Positions 50,312-55,552 of a DNA stretch of 55,552 bases are shown here, piece by piece. The stretch is from Alphaproteobacteria bacterium. Lineage in GTDB: Bacteria > Pseudomonadota > Alphaproteobacteria > Methylaequorales > Methylaequoraceae. A program made the position numbers and the translations under genes. Location: contig JBJKUQ010000002.1 of the NCBI GenBank assembly GCA_045563015.1, positions 1-55,552 on the forward strand, in the 5' to 3' direction. The notes beneath the pieces were generated by a model that saw nothing but the letters and a program-made list of their open reading frames with translations, ran no database searches and was not told the origin of the DNA. How positions within the stretch are numbered: position 1 is the first letter of the stretch; every line of letters starts with the position of its first letter.

Positions 50312-51121
50312 ATGGGATCATCATTTAATTTAGAAGGAAAAAAAGGAATTATATTTGGAATTGCAAATGACCGCTCGATTGCTTGGGGAATAGCTGACAA
50401 ACTTAGTAAAATGGGTGCTGAACTTGCTTTTTCATATGCTAATGATTCAATCAAAAAAAGAGTAATACCCTTAGCAGAAAAATGTAACTCAAAATTATTT
50501 TATGAATGCGATGTTACAAGTGATAATAGCATTGATAACTTTTTTAAATCTATCTCAAACCATTGGGATTCGTGTGATTTTTTAGTACACTCAGTAGCTT
50601 TCTCCGACAAAAATGAGCTTAAAGGGGAGTATATTCAAACCTCCAGAGAGAATTTTTCTAACACAATGAATGTATCCTGCTATTCTCTGACAGCACTATG
50701 CAAAAGAGTAAGAAGTTTGATGAAAAATGGAGGACAGATTCTTACTTTATCATACCTAGGAGCAGAGAGAGTTATGCCTCACTATAACATTATGGGTGTT
50801 GCTAAATCTGCCTTGGAAACAAGTGTAAAATATTTAGCTGAAGATTTGGGTAAGGAAAATATAAGAGTGAATGGAATATCAGCTGGACCTATCAAAACTC
50901 TTGCTGCATCGGGTATCTCAGACTTCAGATACATTCTAAAATGGAATGAATATAATTCTCCCTTACGAAGAAGTACAACCATTGAGGAGGTTGGAAAAAA
51001 CTCCATATATTTATTATCAGATATGTCTTCAGGCGTAACTGGAGAAATAATTCATGTTGATTGTGGCTATCATATTGTTGGTATGAAAGCTGTAGATGCA
51101 CCAGATATATCGGTTGATTAA
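50312..51121 (+). CDS. fabI: Enoyl-ACP reductase
   Basis: [38 protein letters not shown]. Confidence 0.97.
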   Translation: MGSSFNLEGKKGIIFGIANDRSIAWGIADKLSKMGAELAFSYANDSIKKRVIPLAEKCNSKLFYECDVTSDNSIDNFFKSISNHWDSCDFLVHSVAFSDKNELKGEYIQTSRENFSNTMNVSCYSLTALCKRVRSLMKNGGQILTLSYLGAERVMPHYNIMGVAKSALETSVKYLAEDLGKENIRVNGISAGPIKTLAASGISDFRYILKWNEYNSPLRRSTTIEEVGKNSIYLLSDMSSGVTGEIIHVDCGYHIVGMKAVDAPDISVD

Positions 51122-51122
51122 G

Positions 51123-52196
51123 ATGACTGGAAGTAGTTTCGGAAAAATTTTCAAAGTCACAACCTGGGGAGAAAGTCATGGTGAGGCATTGGGTTGCGTT
51201 ATAGAAGGAGTGCCATCAAATATAAATATTGATGAAGATTACTTGCAAAAATTTTTAGATAAAAGAAAACCAGGTCAATCGAAGTTTACTACTCAAAGAA
51301 AAGAAGATGATAAAATACGCATACTCTCTGGCGTTTTCAATGGTTTAACAACAGGTACACCAATATCTTTAATAATTACCAATATTGATGTCAAAAGCAA
51401 GGACTATAAAGATATAAAGGAAAAATTTAGGCCCGGACATGCAGATTACACCTATCAAATGAAATACGGAATTAGAGATTACAGAGGTGGTGGAAGAGCA
51501 TCTGCCAGAGAAACAGCAATGAGAGTTGCTGCTGGTGCCATAGCAAGAAAAATTTTAGGTAAAACAATAAAAGTTAGAGGTGCTCTTATTCAAATGGGCA
51601 AACATAAAATTAATCCTGATAATTGGAATTGGAAAGAAATAGATAAAAATGATTTTTTTTCGCCTGACAAACAAATAGTTAAAAAATGGGGTGATTATCT
51701 GCAAAAAATAAGGAAAAAAGGATCTTCTGTTGGTGCTATTATTCAAGTAACCGCAAGTGGAGTTCCAATCGGATTAGGTGAACCAGTCTTTGATAAAGTG
51801 GATGCATTGTTAGCAAAAGCAATCATGAGTATTCCAGCTGTAAAAGGGTTTGAAATAGGGAAAGGTTTCTTAGCTGCAGAACTTACTGGTGAAGAAAATG
51901 CAGATGAAATGTATTCAAAAAATAAAAAAATTTTTTTCAAGTCAAATAATTCAGGTGGAACGCTTGGTGGAATTACATCGGGACAAGATTTGGTCCTTAA
52001 GTTTGTAGTAAAACCAACGAGTTCAATATTAAACCAAAGAGAAACTATTGACACTAAGGGAAATAATACAAAAATTATTACTAAAGGAAGGCATGATCCA
52101 TGCGTTGGTATTAGAGCAGTTCCTATTGGAGAGGCTATGGTTGCCCTAGTTTTGGCAGACCTGTTTCTTATTAACAAAAAAATTAATTCTTTTTAA
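51123..52196 (+). CDS. aroC: Chorismate synthase
   Basis: [35 protein letters not shown] at 51123. Confidence 0.97.
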   Translation: MTGSSFGKIFKVTTWGESHGEALGCVIEGVPSNINIDEDYLQKFLDKRKPGQSKFTTQRKEDDKIRILSGVFNGLTTGTPISLIITNIDVKSKDYKDIKEKFRPGHADYTYQMKYGIRDYRGGGRASARETAMRVAAGAIARKILGKTIKVRGALIQMGKHKINPDNWNWKEIDKNDFFSPDKQIVKKWGDYLQKIRKKGSSVGAIIQVTASGVPIGLGEPVFDKVDALLAKAIMSIPAVKGFEIGKGFLAAELTGEENADEMYSKNKKIFFKSNNSGGTLGGITSGQDLVLKFVVKPTSSILNQRETIDTKGNNTKIITKGRHDPCVGIRAVPIGEAMVALVLADLFLINKKINSF

Positions 52197-52953
52197 CGTA
52201 AATTAGAAATTCTTTATTTCCTTTTTGACCGCTAATTGGACTTTCAATTATTTTTATATAATCAGGAGAAAAAATTTCTGAAAACCACTGAAAAATATCT
52301 TCACAAACTTTTTTATGAATTGAATTGTTTTTAACTATACCACCTTTACCAACTAATTTCCTTTCAACTTCAAATTGAGGTTTTATTAAAGTTATAATTT
52401 GAAATTCTTCTTTCAAAAGTTTTTTACAAGGCAATATTACTTTTTTAAGTGAAATAAAACTAACATCGCAAACGATCAAATCAAGAGAATCTTTAATAAT
52501 ATTTTTATCTAAAAACCTTGCATTCGTTTTTTCAATAAGAATTATATTTTTTGAGTTTCTCAATTTCCAATCAAATTGACCATAACCAACATCAACGGCA
52601 TAAATCTTCTTTGCCTTTTTTTTAAAAAGCACTTCAGTAAATCCCCCTGTAGAACAACCAATATCCAAACAAATCTTATCTTCTACATTTACTCCAAAAA
52701 AACTAATAGCCTTTTGTAATTTTATTCCTCCTCTTGATACCCAGGGATTATTATTATCTTTGATTCTTATTATTTGATTTTGTTTCATAATTTTTCCAGG
52801 CTTATCAATTTTTTTCTCACCAAGAAAAACATTACCACTCATTATTAAAGCAACAGCTCTTTGCTTGGTTTTAACAAATTTCACAGTCTCAGTTAAAATT
52901 TGATCTAGACGCATATTTTTAAATTTTCGTTGGATAATAAATGAATTAAACAT
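52183..52953 (-). CDS. tlyA: TlyA-family rRNA 2'-O-methyltransferase (start may be the ATG at 52914)
   Basis: MRLD S4 domain, [36 protein letters not shown]. Confidence 0.95.
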   Translation of the reverse strand: MFNSFIIQRKFKNMRLDQILTETVKFVKTKQRAVALIMSGNVFLGEKKIDKPGKIMKQNQIIRIKDNNNPWVSRGGIKLQKAISFFGVNVEDKICLDIGCSTGGFTEVLFKKKAKKIYAVDVGYGQFDWKLRNSKNIILIEKTNARFLDKNIIKDSLDLIVCDVSFISLKKVILPCKKLLKEEFQIITLIKPQFEVERKLVGKGGIVKNNSIHKKVCEDIFQWFSEIFSPDYIKIIESPISGQKGNKEFLIYVKKN

Positions 52954-52958
52954 TAACT

Positions 52959-53855
52959 TTATTTTTTTCTAGAAATAATAAACTTTGATAATGCAATCAA
53001 ATTTTTTGATTTATCTCCAAATTTCTCAAGAATTTTAATTGAATCATTAATTAATTCCTTAGATTTAAGTCTAGCATTCTCTTTGCCCATCAACGAAATA
53101 AAAGTCTCTTTTCCTCTTTCACTATCTTTTTGCGTCTTTTTACCAAGTTCTTTCTCATTTCCTTCAATATCTAAAAGATCATCCTTTATTTGAAAAGCTA
53201 AGCCCAATTTTGATGAAAATTCTTCAAATAATTTAATGTGTTTTATTTCATTTGCTAATATGCATGAAGCAATGCAAGAAAATCTAAAAAGTTCACCGGT
53301 TTTTAAACTTTGCAATTGTAATATTTTATCCAGATCTAGTGAAACTTTCTCTGCTTCTAAGTCTAACATTTGTCCACCTACCATACCCTCAAAACCAGAA
53401 GATTTTGCTAGTTCAGATATTAAAGAACACCTAACTGTAGGATCATTATGTGTTTTGCTATCTGATAATATTTGAAATGCAAGAGCTTGAAATGCGTCCC
53501 CAACCAAAATTGCTGTCGCGTCGTCAAACTTTTTATGACAAGTGGGATGCCCTCTTCTTAAATCATCATTATCCATTGCTGGGAGATCATCATGTACCAA
53601 AGAATAACAATGAATTAATTCTATACTAGCTGCAGTTCTGAACGATGAAATATTATTAACCTTAAACATTTTGGCTATTTCTATTAAAAACAACGGTCGT
53701 AGTCTTTTTCCACCAACATTAATGACGTATTTCATTGCAGAAAACAATCTTTTAGAAAAATGAGATGAATCCGGTATTAAGTTAATTAGCTTTTTGTCAA
53801 ATTCCAATGAAAATGATGAGATTTTCTTTTCAATAGCTTCAGATTCTTTACTCAT
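52959..53855 (-). CDS. ispA: Farnesyl-diphosphate synthase
   Basis: GGKRLRP, YSLVHDDLPAMDNDDLRRG, GQMLD, KTG, FQIKDDLLD. ATG at 53855 preferred. Confidence 0.95.
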   Translation of the reverse strand: MSKESEAIEKKISSFSLEFDKKLINLIPDSSHFSKRLFSAMKYVINVGGKRLRPLFLIEIAKMFKVNNISSFRTAASIELIHCYSLVHDDLPAMDNDDLRRGHPTCHKKFDDATAILVGDAFQALAFQILSDSKTHNDPTVRCSLISELAKSSGFEGMVGGQMLDLEAEKVSLDLDKILQLQSLKTGELFRFSCIASCILANEIKHIKLFEEFSSKLGLAFQIKDDLLDIEGNEKELGKKTQKDSERGKETFISLMGKENARLKSKELINDSIKILEKFGDKSKNLIALSKFIISRKK

Positions 53856-54069
53856 CAATAGCTTTTTTATCAATTACTTTTTTTATTTGAATTTCAGCGT
53901 TTTTAAGTTTTTTCTCACAATGATTTTTTAATAAACTTCCAATTTCATAATATTTTATTGAATCATCCAAACTTATTTTTCCATCTTCCATTAATTCAAC
54001 AATTTTTTTTAATCTTTCAAACGCTTCCTCAAAAGAAAGTTTATCAATTTTTTTATCAAATAAATCCAT
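53848..54069 (-). CDS. xseB: Exodeoxyribonuclease VII small subunit
   Basis: SFEEA..RL..IV..ME.G..SLDDS...YE.G..L...C. Confidence 0.95.
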   Translation of the reverse strand: MDLFDKKIDKLSFEEAFERLKKIVELMEDGKISLDDSIKYYEIGSLLKNHCEKKLKNAEIQIKKVIDKKAIDE

Positions 54070-54305
54070 TAGTCACTCATTTTTTTAATTTTAAAAAATA
54101 AAGCATTCTTACTTTTTTCTTTTTTTAGTATTTCAATGTTAATATTTTTCGTTAACTCTTCAATGTCATTTTCAGCATTAGGGTCATCAACATTGACCTC
54201 AATTGTGTCCCCTTTTGATATTGTCTTAATTTTTCTTGCAATTTTTAAAACGGGTATTGGACATTTTAATCCTCTAAGATCCAAAAAATTTATTTTTTTT
54301 GTCAT
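54069..54305 (-). CDS. tusA: TusA/SirA-family sulfur carrier
   Basis: LDLRGLKCPIP, DDP.A..DI. Confidence 0.85.
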   Translation of the reverse strand: MTKKINFLDLRGLKCPIPVLKIARKIKTISKGDTIEVNVDDPNAENDIEELTKNINIEILKKEKSKNALFFKIKKMSD

Positions 54306-54398
54306 AGTTCTTTTTCAAAAAATGATTATATATTTTTTAAAAACAATTGATAACATTTTTATTGTTAATTAGAATTATTTTAAATTTTATCAAAAGAT

Positions 54399-55367
54399 AT
54401 GAAACTTAAATTTAAATCAATATTTTTTCTTTTACTCTGTCTATTATTTTCTGGTGTTTCTGCTGAGAAGATAAAGGTTGGATCACTACAATATGGAAGT
54501 GTAAACTGGGAGCTTAAACTTATAAAAGATTTAGGTTTAGATGAACAGAACGGCTTTAGTTTAGAAATTATTGAACTTGCTAGCAAAAACGCTGCTGCAG
54601 TTGCTCTTCAAGGTGGTGCAGTTGACTTGATTGTAACAGACTGGTTTTGGGTCTCTCGGCAACGAAATGAAAAAAGATTGTTTGCATTTGTTCCGCATTC
54701 AATGGCAGCTGGTGGACTAATCGCTTCTAAAGACTCTAAAATATCAAATGATTTAGATTTAAAAGAAAAAAAAATTGGAATTGCAGGTGGTCAAGTAGAC
54801 AAAGGTTGGTTGATTTTTAGAGCTTTTTATAAAAAGAAATACGGAACTGATTTAATCAAGATGAGTGATCAAATTTTTGGAGCACCACCTCTTTTAAATA
54901 AAAAAATTGAGCAAAAAGCTTTTGACGCAATTTTAACATATTGGCCATACCAAGCTAAATTACTAACAAACAATGAATTTGAAAAAGTAATCAGTATTAA
55001 TGATATTTTAGGAGAACTCGGAATACCTAACGGAATGCCTGTAATAGGATGGGTTTTTAAAGAAAAATGGGCCAATAAAAATGGAAAGATTTTAAATAAA
55101 TTCTTGGATACATCTGATTTAGCAAAAAAAATGATGCTAGAGTCTAATGATATTTGGAAAAAAATCAGGCCATTCATGAATGCTGAAAATGATCAAATTT
55201 TTGTTAATCTTCGTGATATCTATAGAGAAGGCATCCCCAAAAAAGAGTTTACTAAAGAGCAACTCAAAGGAACAGAAAAACTTTACTCCATATTAGCAGA
55301 AATAGGTGGTAAAGATTTAGTCGGAAATGCCAAAGTACTATCTCCAGGAACTTTTTGGGGTAACTAA
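54399..55367 (+). CDS. NitT/TauT (SsuA/THI5-like) ABC transporter substrate-binding protein
   Basis: Signal peptide, GSVNWEL, ALQGGAVDLIVTDWFWV, DLK.KKIGIAGG..DK.W; followed by a permease. Confidence 0.8.
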   Translation: MKLKFKSIFFLLLCLLFSGVSAEKIKVGSLQYGSVNWELKLIKDLGLDEQNGFSLEIIELASKNAAAVALQGGAVDLIVTDWFWVSRQRNEKRLFAFVPHSMAAGGLIASKDSKISNDLDLKEKKIGIAGGQVDKGWLIFRAFYKKKYGTDLIKMSDQIFGAPPLLNKKIEQKAFDAILTYWPYQAKLLTNNEFEKVISINDILGELGIPNGMPVIGWVFKEKWANKNGKILNKFLDTSDLAKKMMLESNDIWKKIRPFMNAENDQIFVNLRDIYREGIPKKEFTKEQLKGTEKLYSILAEIGGKDLVGNAKVLSPGTFWGN

Positions 55368-55369
55368 TA

Positions 55370-55552
55370 ATGCAAGACATAAAATTTAATGCAATTTTGA
55401 GAATTGCCTCGGTTTTATTGTTTTTTCTTATCTGGCAATTGGCAAGTTTTTTATTAAGTGTTGAATTACTCCCAAGCCCAAAAAATGTTTTTCTAAAATT
55501 AATTGAGGAATTTTCTAGTAACGAATTGGTATTTCATACTTTTATTACGTTA
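55370..55552 (+). CDS. NitT/TauT ABC transporter permease, 3'-truncated by the window edge
   Basis: MQDIKFNAILRIASVLLFFLIWQLASFLLSVELLPSPKNV...HTFITL, with the typical W...LPSP..V N-terminus. Confidence 0.8.
   Translation, partial: MQDIKFNAILRIASVLLFFLIWQLASFLLSVELLPSPKNVFLKLIEEFSSNELVFHTFITL

Noticed and set aside
5301-55177. Many short ORFs antisense to recognised genes (e.g. 5301-5492, 7664-7942, 39957-40295, 51743-52177, 54869-55177)
   Set aside because: They are shadows of well-conserved genes, rich in F/L/I/S as expected from the reverse complement of AT-rich coding sequence, and show no motifs.
1-55552. CRISPR arrays, IS elements, rRNA, riboswitches and phase-variable poly(A/T) tracts
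   Set aside because: No regularly spaced repeats, transposase or integrase motifs, or structured GC-rich RNA other than the tRNA were seen by eye. Long A/T runs are ubiquitous in-frame Lys/Phe codons and reflect composition.

Overview
A very AT-rich, tightly packed core-genome segment of an alphaproteobacterium, probably a streamlined marine lineage (inferred from composition and gene order). The left edge carries a truncated glycosyltransferase-like gene and a SAM methyltransferase just beyond the 3' end of a tRNA-Met(CAT), probably an island boundary. Next come an ergothioneine operon (egtB-egtD-PLP C-S lyase) and a converging cysE-iscRSUA-hscBA-fdx-iscX-mnmA operon with a clear IscR-type operator. 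The rest is housekeeping: anmK, tyrS, an AsmA/YhdP-like gene, bcp, prfB, mrcA, amiC, rne, a BepA-like protease, aroQ, accBC, aat, two mlaD-like genes, NDUFA12, clpSA, pgm-ugd-galU, fhs, pyrE, thiOSG, msrB, hemA, pdxH, fabI, aroC, tlyA, ispA, xseB, tusA and the start of a NitT/TauT ABC transporter. The most notable observations are: (1) a non-canonical prfB +1 frameshift site (AGGGGG UUU GUU UGA A instead of CUU UGA C); (2) a stand-alone C-terminal module of class II ribonucleotide reductase that keeps four Zn-type cysteines but lacks the catalytic barrel and the extra redox cysteines; (3) a hidden 134-codon HExxH-type ORF upstream of fhs with a TAG exactly at the Glu position; (4) a membrane-targeting-like amphipathic helix inside the RNase E S1 insert; (5) single-base poly(A) frameshifts in iscS and cysE, most likely sequencing errors; (6) clean absence of dxs between ispA and tlyA. 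I saw no CRISPR array, rRNA, integrase or transposase. All calls come from reading motifs by eye; no database searches were run.
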